Source: Bacteroidota bacterium | Lineage (GTDB): Bacteria > Bacteroidota > Bacteroidia > AKYH767-A > OLB10 | Assembly (NCBI GenBank): GCA_024643795.1 | Contig: JAHEMF010000110.1 | Span: 22,137 to 86,136 of the forward strand | Reading direction: 5' to 3' | Length of the DNA: 64,000 bases | In this document: positions 1 through 8,730 of the stretch, piece by piece | Layout of the letters: each line of letters opens with the position of its first letter | How positions within the stretch are numbered: position 1 is the stretch's first letter | Notes under the pieces: generated by a model | What the model was told of the DNA's origin: nothing | Databases searched by the model: none | Seen by the model: only the letters and a program-made list of their open reading frames with translations | Position numbers and translations under genes: made by a program

Positions 1-1455
1 CAGGCGAAAAAGCTCATTAGCAAAGATATTGTCGTTGACGATGGAACCACCCATAACTCCAGTCTTAATAACAAATCGGCTTGCAAGAGGTATATAATAA
101 GAAACATCAGCTTGTCCTTTATAAAGTACAGATTCAAGTTCAATTCCTTCATACAATTCAGAGTTGATCTTCGCATTTTTTTCGATCTTCTTATTTCCGG
201 CCGATGCAGTTGCTTCTGCAGTTATACCTCTTCTAGGATTTAATCTGTAATCTACATTTTCATTCTTTAAACCAATTCCGTATGAAGTTATCTGCACATC
301 TGCGAATTGTGGCAAAGTAGTAGCATTTGCATATTGACTTGTTGAGAGGAGGTCTGACCGATGGTTTTCTACAAATGCTTTGAAGTAATTTCCACCACGA
401 AGTAAAAGCTGAAGTCCTGCACCAAGGATAACATCCACGTAAGTGGTATCCTTTTTATAAATACCCAGATTAAGGTCCAGACCTATGGGTGTGCTAAAAA
501 TAAAGGGATAGTTGAAACGTACTTTAAGATCCTGAGTTTGCTTTTGTGGTTGTTTCCAATTCAGATCAAAGAGTTCACCTCTGCCAAAGGAGCTTAACAA
601 CCTTAACCTTAATTCGCCGGTAAGCTGAACTTTCCCGGATTGTTCATTATCAGGTAAGATTCCGATTATACCATCAATCTGGCTGGCTTTTTTATCTTCC
701 AGATACAAAATTGTTCTTGCCTTTTCTGCTGTAAAAGAGATCACATAGGGCCTTATCTCCTTCACCATTGGTAATTCCTTGAGCCTGTTACTTATTTTTC
801 TGATATGATTTTCATTGTATGTATCTCCAGGTTTAATAGAGAGATATGATGCCAGATATTTTTTAGACAATCTTGCAGAACCTAAAACTGTGAGCGTATC
901 ATACCTGTAATAAATGCCAGGGCGAAGGTCGAGGGTAGCCTCTATTTCGTTTTCATTGAATTTAAGATCCGTATATGAAACAGATGCGAAAGGATAACCA
1001 TGATTTTCGCAATACTTAAGCAGCTCTTTATTTAAACCGATAGTTCCCCTTAATGAAACAGGACGGTTGTCATAAAACTTATCACGAAAACCTGCTTCAC
1101 TCAACATGCCTTCATCTGTTTTTCCCGGCTTCAACATTGCCCATTCAAACCTCTCCCCGGGTAAAAGTACCGCAGTAATGAGTTGGCATGTGCCGTATAT
1201 ACTGTCAAATGAAGCTCCAAGAAAGCCATTATCATACATAGCAACCAGCACTTCATTCAACCTTCTTGTAAGTCGTATCGAATCTGTAAACGTAGTAGCA
1301 TTGGCTTTGTCGATCAACCGCTCGGCAGACCGTGGGATATCACCGTTATTTGTAACTTTAATTGCAACCCTGCATTGAGCAAATGTTGTATCAGAAAAAA
1401 GATTTATTCCGACACAGGATAAAAGGATAAAATATCTTATCAGGTGCAGTTTCAA
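1..1455 (-). CDS. Omp85/BamA-family outer membrane protein, N-terminal (POTRA-containing) part; 3' end lies beyond the window start
   Basis: Hand translation of the minus strand gives a continuous roughly 485-aa frame with no stops. It begins with a signal-peptide-like MKLHLIRYFILLSCVGINLFSDTTFAQ. The first sense codon after an in-frame TGA is TTG at 1453-1455, overlapping the ung stop. The rest reads ...KYLASYLSIKPGDTYNENHIRKISNRLKELPMVKEI...GRGELFDLNWKQ..., which looks like POTRA repeats leading into a barrel. This CDS is absent from the ORF track because it runs off the window. The start codon is uncertain. Confidence 0.5.
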   Translation of the reverse strand, partial: MKLHLIRYFILLSCVGINLFSDTTFAQCRVAIKVTNNGDIPRSAERLIDKANATTFTDSIRLTRRLNEVLVAMYDNGFLGASFDSIYGTCQLITAVLLPGERFEWAMLKPGKTDEGMLSEAGFRDKFYDNRPVSLRGTIGLNKELLKYCENHGYPFASVSYTDLKFNENEIEATLDLRPGIYYRYDTLTVLGSARLSKKYLASYLSIKPGDTYNENHIRKISNRLKELPMVKEIRPYVISFTAEKARTILYLEDKKASQIDGIIGILPDNEQSGKVQLTGELRLRLLSSFGRGELFDLNWKQPQKQTQDLKVRFNYPFIFSTPIGLDLNLGIYKKDTTYVDVILGAGLQLLLRGGNYFKAFVENHRSDLLSTSQYANATTLPQFADVQITSYGIGLKNENVDYRLNPRRGITAEATASAGNKKIEKNAKINSELYEGIELESVLYKGQADVSYYIPLASRFVIKTGVMGGSIVNDNIFANELFRL

Positions 1456-2153
1456 ACTTCAAGCCTCCAGTCTATTGGTTCTTTATTTGTGCTAATGAGA
1501 ATCTCATTCGTTTTTGAAAAATGTTTACAACCCAGAAATCCGGTGTGTGCAGAAAATGGAGACGGATGAGGGGCTTTCAAAACAAAATGTTTACCGGTAT
1601 CAATCAGGTCTTCTTTAGCCTGAGCAAATTTTCCCCACAGTAAAAACACAAGTCCGGTACTTTGTTGTGATAATTTTCTGATCACACTATTTGTAAAAAA
1701 TTCCCAGCCTCTACCCTGATGTGATCCGGCCTGACCGGAGACAACGGTTAATGTTGCATTTAGTAATAGCACCCCCTGATCGGCCCACTTTGAAAGATCA
1801 CCATTGGCAGGAAAAGGAATACCCATGTCTGATTCCAGTTCCTTGAATATGTTCATCAAGGAAGGTGGTGGTTTTATTCCCCGCGAAACAGAGAAGCAAA
1901 GACCGTTAGCCTGTCCCTGTCCATGATATGGGTCTTGCCCGATGATCACTACTTTTACTTTATTAAAAGGGGTATGATTAAATGCGTTGAAAATCTGGTT
2001 ACCAGGAGGGTATATCACCTTTCCGGCCGACTTCTCTGCCAACAGAAAGGCCTTTAACTCTTGGAAGTACTGAGAATCAAATTCTTGCGAAAGAACCTGT
2101 CTCCATGATTCATCAATTTGGGGGTTTGCTACTTTATTTATGGATTCAGGCAT
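1452..2153 (-). CDS. ung: uracil-DNA glycosylase (family 1)
   Basis: 233 aa carrying the family-1 UDG motif VVIIGQDPYHGQGQANGLCFSV and a C-terminal HPSPFSA region. Confidence 0.85.
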   Translation of the reverse strand: MPESINKVANPQIDESWRQVLSQEFDSQYFQELKAFLLAEKSAGKVIYPPGNQIFNAFNHTPFNKVKVVIIGQDPYHGQGQANGLCFSVSRGIKPPPSLMNIFKELESDMGIPFPANGDLSKWADQGVLLLNATLTVVSGQAGSHQGRGWEFFTNSVIRKLSQQSTGLVFLLWGKFAQAKEDLIDTGKHFVLKAPHPSPFSAHTGFLGCKHFSKTNEILISTNKEPIDWRLEV

Positions 2154-2347
2154 GAAAGTCAGAATAACTCCGTTAAATATACCGTTCTGGGCAATTAGAA
2201 CTCCTAAATAACGTTCAAAATTGTAAATTTGAACAGCTTATCACTGAAATAGGCAATTGTTAGTAACTATAACGACTTATTAACATTGCCGGTAATTGTT
2301 AATTGAGATTCGTTATTTTGACGCCCATAAAACAGAATTCACTGGAA

Positions 2348-2479
2348 ATGAAAAAATTATCGCTACTTCTTGTTATTGCTTTGATGTTAGGACTTGCTTC
2401 AGCTTGCAAGCAGAGAGAAAAGTGCCCGGCTTATGGAAAAGTGATTCCACAAAAGCATCAGGCTGAAGCCAATTCATAA
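2348..2479 (+). CDS. small (43 aa) putative lipoprotein, not in the ORF track
   Basis: ATG at 2348 encodes MKKLSLLLVIALMLGLASACKQREKCPAYGKVIPQKHQAEANS. This has a signal peptide and an LASAC lipobox, and a rho-independent terminator follows at 2508-2532. Confidence 0.45.
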   Translation: MKKLSLLLVIALMLGLASACKQREKCPAYGKVIPQKHQAEANS

Positions 2480-2507
2480 TAATTAGAATAGCTTCTGAAT
2501 TAAAGAA

Positions 2508-2532
2508 CCGTCCATTAAACAGGGCGGTTTTT
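2508..2532 (+). terminator. rho-independent terminator (CCGTCC-attaaaca-GGGCGG + TTTTT)
   Basis: 6-bp stem (one G-U pair) followed by a T5 run, immediately downstream of the small lipoprotein ORF. Confidence 0.5.
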
Positions 2533-2599
2533 ACATTTTTAACCTGCGATAAGCGTTGTCTTTCCAAGCCTACTCTACCTTTTATATACCGTTTGGTGT

Positions 2600-3016
2600 T
2601 CAACCACGACCTTCATAAATTATTTCAATCACTTGTTTTAGTTCCGGGTGAAGCGAGAGTGCTACAGGACAAGTGCGAGATATATTTTCAATTATCTTCT
2701 TATGGTGGTCAGTGTATTGATTGTGTGGGAATGTCAATTTAATATGTATCTCACTCACCTTTCGGGGATTGGATGACATGATCTTGGTGGTTTCAGCCCG
2801 GGTACCATCCATATCAAAACCATGAGTTTGTGCGGCTATCCCCATAATAGTTAACATACAGCAAGCCAGAGATGTGGCCATAAGGTCGGTGGGCGAAAAG
2901 GCCTCACCCTTTCCATTATTATCAGGTGGTGCATCTGTTATTATCTTTTTACCTGACAATCTGTGTACTGATTCTGTCCTTAATCCGTTGTTATAGAGCG
3001 TTTCTGACGTTTGCAT
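2600..3016 (-). CDS. OsmC/Ohr-family peroxiredoxin-like protein
   Basis: OsmC-like core with the conserved Cys pair (…LMATSLACCMLTIMG…SRTCPV…). I chose the start at the internal Met (MQTSETLY…) because the longer ORF starting at 3076 would leave only 9 bp to the divergent neighbour. Confidence 0.65.
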   Translation of the reverse strand: MQTSETLYNNGLRTESVHRLSGKKIITDAPPDNNGKGEAFSPTDLMATSLACCMLTIMGIAAQTHGFDMDGTRAETTKIMSSNPRKVSEIHIKLTFPHNQYTDHHKKIIENISRTCPVALSLHPELKQVIEIIYEGRG

Positions 3017-3085
3017 GATCTTTAAATTAGAATATTGAAGTAACAAATTTACCCGATATTTGTATCTTTGATACACTAGGTTCCT

Positions 3086-3832
3086 ATGGGCAAGTATCTG
3101 ATTCTTATAGCACTAATGTTCCCCTTTCTGGTTAAAGGTCAGAAGAATCCGTTTGAATATATAGAGGAAAAACCACCCCTTACTAAAAATGAGTTCAGCT
3201 TTGGATTCAATATACATACAAGTGGCTGGGGTTTTGATTTTCGTAGAGGATGGCATAAAACGGCTTTGAAAAGAAGTATGCTGGAATTGGAGATTGTAAA
3301 TATGAAACATCCAAAAGAGGTTCGTTCGGTGAATCCTTATTTTGATAATGCAAAATCATTCTTCTATGGTAAATTGAATACTCTTACTGTGATGCGAATG
3401 GCATATGGCAAACAACGTGTTGTATTTGATAAATCAGAACAGGGAGGCGTTGCTGTAAGGTTAAATTATAATGGAGGTCTTTCTTTAGGATTTGCCAAGC
3501 CTGTTTATTTAAACATTTTATATCCTACAGCATTTGAAGGTGAATACGAAGTTGTGGTAGAAAAATATGACCCTTACAAACATTATATAGATAACATTTA
3601 CGGCAGAGCTTCATTTACTCAAGGGATCTCTGAAATGAAAGTATATCCGGGATTGTATGGAAAGTTGGGAGTAAGTTTTGAATACGGAAGCAATTACCAG
3701 GATATTAAAGCTATTGAAACGGGTGTGACATTCGATCTATATGGAAAAGAGGTGCCTATCATGGCATTCACCGAGAACAACCAGCTGTATTTCACTTTTT
3801 ATATAAATATACTTTACGGGAGAAAGTGGTAA
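3086..3832 (+). CDS. hypothetical secreted/outer-membrane protein
   Basis: 248 aa with an N-terminal signal peptide (MGKYLILIALMFPFLVKGQ). It is beta-strand-rich with alternating aromatic residues. No family recognised. Confidence 0.5.
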   Translation: MGKYLILIALMFPFLVKGQKNPFEYIEEKPPLTKNEFSFGFNIHTSGWGFDFRRGWHKTALKRSMLELEIVNMKHPKEVRSVNPYFDNAKSFFYGKLNTLTVMRMAYGKQRVVFDKSEQGGVAVRLNYNGGLSLGFAKPVYLNILYPTAFEGEYEVVVEKYDPYKHYIDNIYGRASFTQGISEMKVYPGLYGKLGVSFEYGSNYQDIKAIETGVTFDLYGKEVPIMAFTENNQLYFTFYINILYGRKW

Positions 3833-3847
3833 TTTCGCCACCAATTA

Positions 3848-4720
3848 ATGGAAAACAAGATAACTCCCGAAACTCCGCGTAAGCGCACCAAGCCTGATTG
3901 GTTACGTGTAAAACTTCCTATTGGTGAGGAATACCGAAAGGTTCGAGAACTTGTAAACGAAAATAAATTACATACTATTTGTGAAAGTGGAAACTGTCCT
4001 AATATGGGAGAATGCTGGGGAGCCGGAACTGCTACTTTCATGATATTAGGTAATGTTTGTACCCGCTCATGCGGATTTTGTGCTGTAGCTACAGGCCGAC
4101 CTTCTTCAGTAGATCTTAATGAGCCCGACCGTGTTGCTAATTCGGTCAAAATAATGAAGGTTAAACACTGTGTAGTTACTTCAGTTGATCGTGATGACCT
4201 CAAGGATGGTGGTGCCGGAGTTTGGGTGCAAACCATTAGAGCTATTAGAAAAAACAGTCCGGGAACAACTATGGAAACTCTCATTCCCGACTTTCAAGGG
4301 AAATGGGGAAATCTTCAATTAGTTATCGATGAAAAACCGGAAGTGATATCACACAATCTTGAAACTGTTCGGCGACTTACAAAACAAGTTCGTATACAAG
4401 CCAAGTATGATCGCAGCCTTGAAGTACTCAAACGAATAAGCTTATCAGGTACTAGAACAAAGTCCGGAATAATGCTAGGTCTGGGTGAAACCAAAGAAGA
4501 AGTTTTAGAATCCATGGCTGACCTTATAGGGTCAGGAGTTCATATACTCACACTGGGTCAATATCTACAGCCAACCCCAAAGCATCTACCTGTTAACAGA
4601 TTCATCCACCCTGATGAATTTCTGGAATATAAAAGTGCAGGTCTTGAAATGGGATTCAAGTATGTTGAGAGCGGTCCACTCGTTCGCTCCTCATACCATG
4701 CAGAGCGACACCTTTTCTAG
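3848..4720 (+). CDS. lipA: lipoyl synthase
   Basis: Two Cys clusters typical of LipA ([13 protein letters not shown] and TRSCGFCAV) in a radical-SAM fold, 290 aa. Confidence 0.9.
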   Translation: MENKITPETPRKRTKPDWLRVKLPIGEEYRKVRELVNENKLHTICESGNCPNMGECWGAGTATFMILGNVCTRSCGFCAVATGRPSSVDLNEPDRVANSVKIMKVKHCVVTSVDRDDLKDGGAGVWVQTIRAIRKNSPGTTMETLIPDFQGKWGNLQLVIDEKPEVISHNLETVRRLTKQVRIQAKYDRSLEVLKRISLSGTRTKSGIMLGLGETKEEVLESMADLIGSGVHILTLGQYLQPTPKHLPVNRFIHPDEFLEYKSAGLEMGFKYVESGPLVRSSYHAERHLF

Positions 4721-4777
4721 TACCCATATTGTTCGGGGGATGCTGCATTTATTTATTCACTTTAATACTTTTGGAAT

Positions 4778-5782
4778 ATGAACAAGCCTTTAAATGTAGC
4801 TATCAATGGTTTTGGAAGGATAGGCAGGATAACGTTAAGACAGATTCTGCAATCATCTAAGATACAGGTGGTAGCGATAAATGACCTTGCTCCCTCCTCT
4901 ACTCTGGGGCACTTATTTAAATATGATTCTGTTCATCGAGAATTCAATGGTGAAGTGCATTGGGATGAGAACAGCATCACTATCGATGGAAAAAAGATCC
5001 CGCTATTTTCAGAAACAGACCCCGCAAACCTGCCATGGGCAAAACTAGAAGTTGATGTGGTTATTGAAGCCACCGGCAGATTCACCGATCCTCTAAAAGC
5101 AGGATTACACCTTAAAGCAGGTGCTAAAAAAGTGATCATAAGTGCTCCTGCAAAAGGTGATATAAAAACTATTGTTTTAGGTGTAAACGATGAATTGCTG
5201 AATAGTGAGGATACGATCTTGTCGAATGCATCCTGTACAACCAATAATGCTGCTCCTATGATCATGCTTCTTGACAGAATGTTAGGAGTAAATGCTGCTT
5301 ATATAACAACAGTTCATGCATATACCGGTGACCAGAACCTTCATGATGCACCACACAAAGACCTTCGAAGAGCGCGTGCGGCAGCATGTTCTATAATACC
5401 AACAACAACAGGGGCAGCAAAAGCGGTGACAGAGGTTTTTCCTCATCTAAAAGGTAAGATCGGAGGTGCGGGAATAAGGGTTCCTGTTCCGGACGGATCA
5501 CTAACAGATATTACATGCGTAGTTTCGAAAACAGCATCCATTGAAGAGATTAATCAACATTTTAAAAGTGCAAGCGAAAACGAGTTAAAAGGTATTTTGC
5601 AATACACTTCTGACCCTTTGGTATCAATTGATATCGTAGGTAACACTCATTCTTGTATATTCGACTCTCAACTCACTTCAGTTATTGGTAACATGGTAAA
5701 GGTGGTTGGTTGGTACGATAATGAAATGGGTTACTCAAGCCGGTTAAAAGATCTGCTTGAAAAGCTGGAAGCCTGGAAATAA
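4778..5782 (+). CDS. gap: glyceraldehyde-3-phosphate dehydrogenase, type I
   Basis: N-terminal NAD-binding motif INGFGRIGR, active-site SNASCTTN, and conserved WYDNE near the C-terminus. 334 aa. Confidence 0.9.
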   Translation: MNKPLNVAINGFGRIGRITLRQILQSSKIQVVAINDLAPSSTLGHLFKYDSVHREFNGEVHWDENSITIDGKKIPLFSETDPANLPWAKLEVDVVIEATGRFTDPLKAGLHLKAGAKKVIISAPAKGDIKTIVLGVNDELLNSEDTILSNASCTTNNAAPMIMLLDRMLGVNAAYITTVHAYTGDQNLHDAPHKDLRRARAAACSIIPTTTGAAKAVTEVFPHLKGKIGGAGIRVPVPDGSLTDITCVVSKTASIEEINQHFKSASENELKGILQYTSDPLVSIDIVGNTHSCIFDSQLTSVIGNMVKVVGWYDNEMGYSSRLKDLLEKLEAWK

Positions 5783-5814
5783 AAAAAGGACCACTTAATT
5801 GTGGTCCTTTTTTT
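5781..5814. terminator. bidirectional rho-independent terminator between gap (+) and the T9SS cargo gene (-)
   Basis: GGACCAC-ttaatt-GTGGTCC perfect 7-bp stem flanked by an A7 run upstream and a T7 run downstream. Confidence 0.7.
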
Positions 5815-5830
5815 ATACATGAATTTGACT

Positions 5831-8284
5831 TTACTGTTTTATAACAGACAGTGTTTGAACGGTTGTACCATCAATAACCTGTATTATATACATACCTGAA
5901 GCAAGTCCTGTAGTATTGAACAGATGTATGGTATTATCATTGTTGAAAGGTACATTCTTGGTGATCCATGCTCTTCCAAACTGATCAACGATCTTGATAA
6001 TGAAAGGTCCGCTTGGACGATAAGTAAGCATTAGCTTTAACTTATCAGTGAAAGGATTTGGCATAGCCACCAAAGCACTTGGAGGTGAGATTATTCCTGG
6101 ATTTGTTTTTCTGCATCCGAAAATAACTCTTAAGTTCTTTGAATATCCGTTGCCGCAAGAGTTGACACCGTATACACTGATGATACCATCGGTAGTTCCA
6201 AAATCCACAGTGATGGATGTTGTTCCCTGACCACTGGCAATTGTTGCACCCGGAGGAACCGACCAAACATAAGATGTTGCTCCTGGAATAGCTGCTATAC
6301 TGTATACTTCGCCGGTGGCAGAAGCACATGGAGCTGCATTGCCGTTGATGATAGCGGGTTTACCAGGGAATCCAACAGCAGTCTTACACTTTTGAGCTCC
6401 TGATCCACAACCATTATTAGCTTCAACACAAATATCACCCGAGCTAAATGAAGGGCCAAAGTCAACTGTAATAGAAGTTGTTCCTTGTCCACTTACAATA
6501 GAAGCACCTACTGGCACATTCCAGATGTAATTGGTAGCACCACCACTTACAGGATTAGTAGTATATACCTGAGTGGATGAACATACGTTAGTAAACTGAC
6601 CATTTATATTTCCTGCATCATTTGGTATTGAGTTTACATTTTCACATCTGTCTAGGGTTGTTACACATGCATTAGAAGCTGAAACACAAACCTGACCTGA
6701 TGTGAAAGATCCCGAGAAATTAACAGTTATACTTTCGGTTCCAATACCTGATACAATTGTTGCACCTGCAGGCACCGACCAATTATATCCGGTAGCACCT
6801 ACTACTGTATCAACTGCGTATACTATACCAGTTTGACCCGGGCAAACTGTATTTTGTGTTGTATTGAAAGTAGGAACAGATACTGAGTAACGAACCCATG
6901 TTTTTACAGAGTCTGATAAGCCACAAGATGCTCCTGCACGAACAACAATGTAGTAACCGGAATAATTAGTTGGATTAAAGTCAACTGTTATTGAATTCGT
7001 ACCTTGACCAGAAGTAATTGTTGCACCTTGATATGCGATCCATTCATAGAATGTTGCATTGGGAACTGCAGCAATTGAGTAAACCTCACCGGTAGTTCCC
7101 GGGCATGCTTGTTTAATTCCTGAAATGGTACCGGGCATTCCGGGTGCAGCAGAAACTGTCAATGAAGCAGCATTTGAAATGACGGATCCGCTACAACTGT
7201 TACTCAGCACACAGGTATAATTACCCGCATCACCAGCAACCACCGGATCAATCACCAGTGTGGCACTATTTGCACCGGATATGGTTCCACCATTAACCAG
7301 ATTAACTCCATTTTTTCGCCATTGATAAATTGGAGTACCGGCAGCGGTTACAGTGAATGTAGCCTGTGAACTGTCACATGCGTTTAAATTTGATGGCTGA
7401 CCTGTTATGATGGGCTCGCCTGAAACAGCTAACTTTTCTTCTTTTGAAGTTCCACAAATATTAGTGTAATAGACCTTTACAAATCCATTATTGAGCGATC
7501 CTGAAAAGAGAATTTGTGCCGTATTGGTTCCTTGACCGGAAATTATAAACGAACCGGTTGGAGGAGTCCATGTGAATGTTGCACCTAAAATCGGATTTAC
7601 AGTATAAGTTTGAACTGTTCCACACAATCCAGAAACAGGGCCTGAAATTGTACTTGGAGGATTTGGCTTTCCTGTGCCTACATTTAAAGTTTTTGTTGGG
7701 CCTACACCACAACCGTTTTGAGCAAAAACCTCAATTACACCAGATCCTGTGAAAGTATTATCAAATAATATTTGCACAGCAGTGTCAGGTGAGGAATATG
7801 TTGTCAGTCCATTAATGGTTAACCCACCGGACAAAGTCCATACATATTTGGCAGTACGTGGCTTTTGTTTTACTGCATATACGATCAGATCGCCAGGACA
7901 AGCCCTAGGCTCTCCTTCAATTTTAATGATCTTTCCCGGAGCCACAGCAAACAGTGTTGTAGTCAGTGTATCTGAAGTTTCAACACACCCTGCCCCATCA
8001 TCAACAGTAACCCAGAAGTTTCCTGCTGATCCTACTACTATTGCCTGTGTTGTGGCACCTGTGGACCAGACATAACTTACACCTAAGCTTGCAGTAAGTG
8101 TTACTGATCCGCCTGCGCATAAATCAGTTGACCCTGAGGGTGTGATTGTAGGAGTTGGACATTGTCCAAAGGAATTAGCATTGAACATTAATAGCATCAG
8201 CATGGATGCGAAAACAGTAGTGTATATCCTTTTAAATGAGGACGAAACACTTTGCCTTTTACTGGAATAGTTCAGATTATACAT
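5831..8284 (-). CDS. T9SS type A C-terminal sorting-domain cargo protein with repeated Ig/PKD-like modules
   Basis: 817 aa with a signal peptide. It contains at least four copies of a roughly 90-aa repeat (…GEVYSIAA.P.AT.Y.W…GATI.SGQGT.SITVDF…). The C-terminal roughly 80 aa (…MPNPFTDKLKLMLTY…GMYIIQVIDGTTVQTLSVIKQ) look like a Por-secretion CTD. Confidence 0.7.
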   Translation of the reverse strand: MYNLNYSSKRQSVSSSFKRIYTTVFASMLMLLMFNANSFGQCPTPTITPSGSTDLCAGGSVTLTASLGVSYVWSTGATTQAIVVGSAGNFWVTVDDGAGCVETSDTLTTTLFAVAPGKIIKIEGEPRACPGDLIVYAVKQKPRTAKYVWTLSGGLTINGLTTYSSPDTAVQILFDNTFTGSGVIEVFAQNGCGVGPTKTLNVGTGKPNPPSTISGPVSGLCGTVQTYTVNPILGATFTWTPPTGSFIISGQGTNTAQILFSGSLNNGFVKVYYTNICGTSKEEKLAVSGEPIITGQPSNLNACDSSQATFTVTAAGTPIYQWRKNGVNLVNGGTISGANSATLVIDPVVAGDAGNYTCVLSNSCSGSVISNAASLTVSAAPGMPGTISGIKQACPGTTGEVYSIAAVPNATFYEWIAYQGATITSGQGTNSITVDFNPTNYSGYYIVVRAGASCGLSDSVKTWVRYSVSVPTFNTTQNTVCPGQTGIVYAVDTVVGATGYNWSVPAGATIVSGIGTESITVNFSGSFTSGQVCVSASNACVTTLDRCENVNSIPNDAGNINGQFTNVCSSTQVYTTNPVSGGATNYIWNVPVGASIVSGQGTTSITVDFGPSFSSGDICVEANNGCGSGAQKCKTAVGFPGKPAIINGNAAPCASATGEVYSIAAIPGATSYVWSVPPGATIASGQGTTSITVDFGTTDGIISVYGVNSCGNGYSKNLRVIFGCRKTNPGIISPPSALVAMPNPFTDKLKLMLTYRPSGPFIIKIVDQFGRAWITKNVPFNNDNTIHLFNTTGLASGMYIIQVIDGTTVQTLSVIKQ

Positions 8285-8730
8285 AAGCGATTTTTGTGTT
8301 ACAAAATAAGAGGGTTGATATACTGCTCTAATTTATTAAAAGTTGCATAAACAATGACCTTATACAGCCAAATCTTCTAATAATCTGGCTCCAAACCTTA
8401 CAATGTGTTTTGATGAAATATTATTGAAAGGTACTACCCTAAGTTTATTTGATTCTTACTTATAATATTGAATTTCAATTATTTATGTCTATTAGTAAAT
8501 GGAACAAGGAAGATTGTAGCAACTAAATACGGCTTTTTATAGGATTGAGAATACTTCAAAACCGCAGATCTTAGCTGTTCTATCTCAACTTTGCTTACAG
8601 TGAGGCATGATCAACCAACTCTTTGTTATCCACATCAAATTGTTGATTTAAGACTTGAGGGATCAAATAACACAGGGAATCACATCGTTAACTTTACCCG
8701 ATTACAGTATAAAATGAACACACGCTGAAT

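Noticed and set aside
1106-1378. Plus-strand 90-aa ORF
   Set aside because: It lies antisense inside the long, motif-rich Omp85/BamA-like minus-strand frame. Spurious.
2373-2603. Minus-strand 76-aa ORF
   Set aside because: It overlaps the better-supported plus-strand small lipoprotein gene and its terminator. It has no signal or motif and overlaps the OsmC-like gene end.
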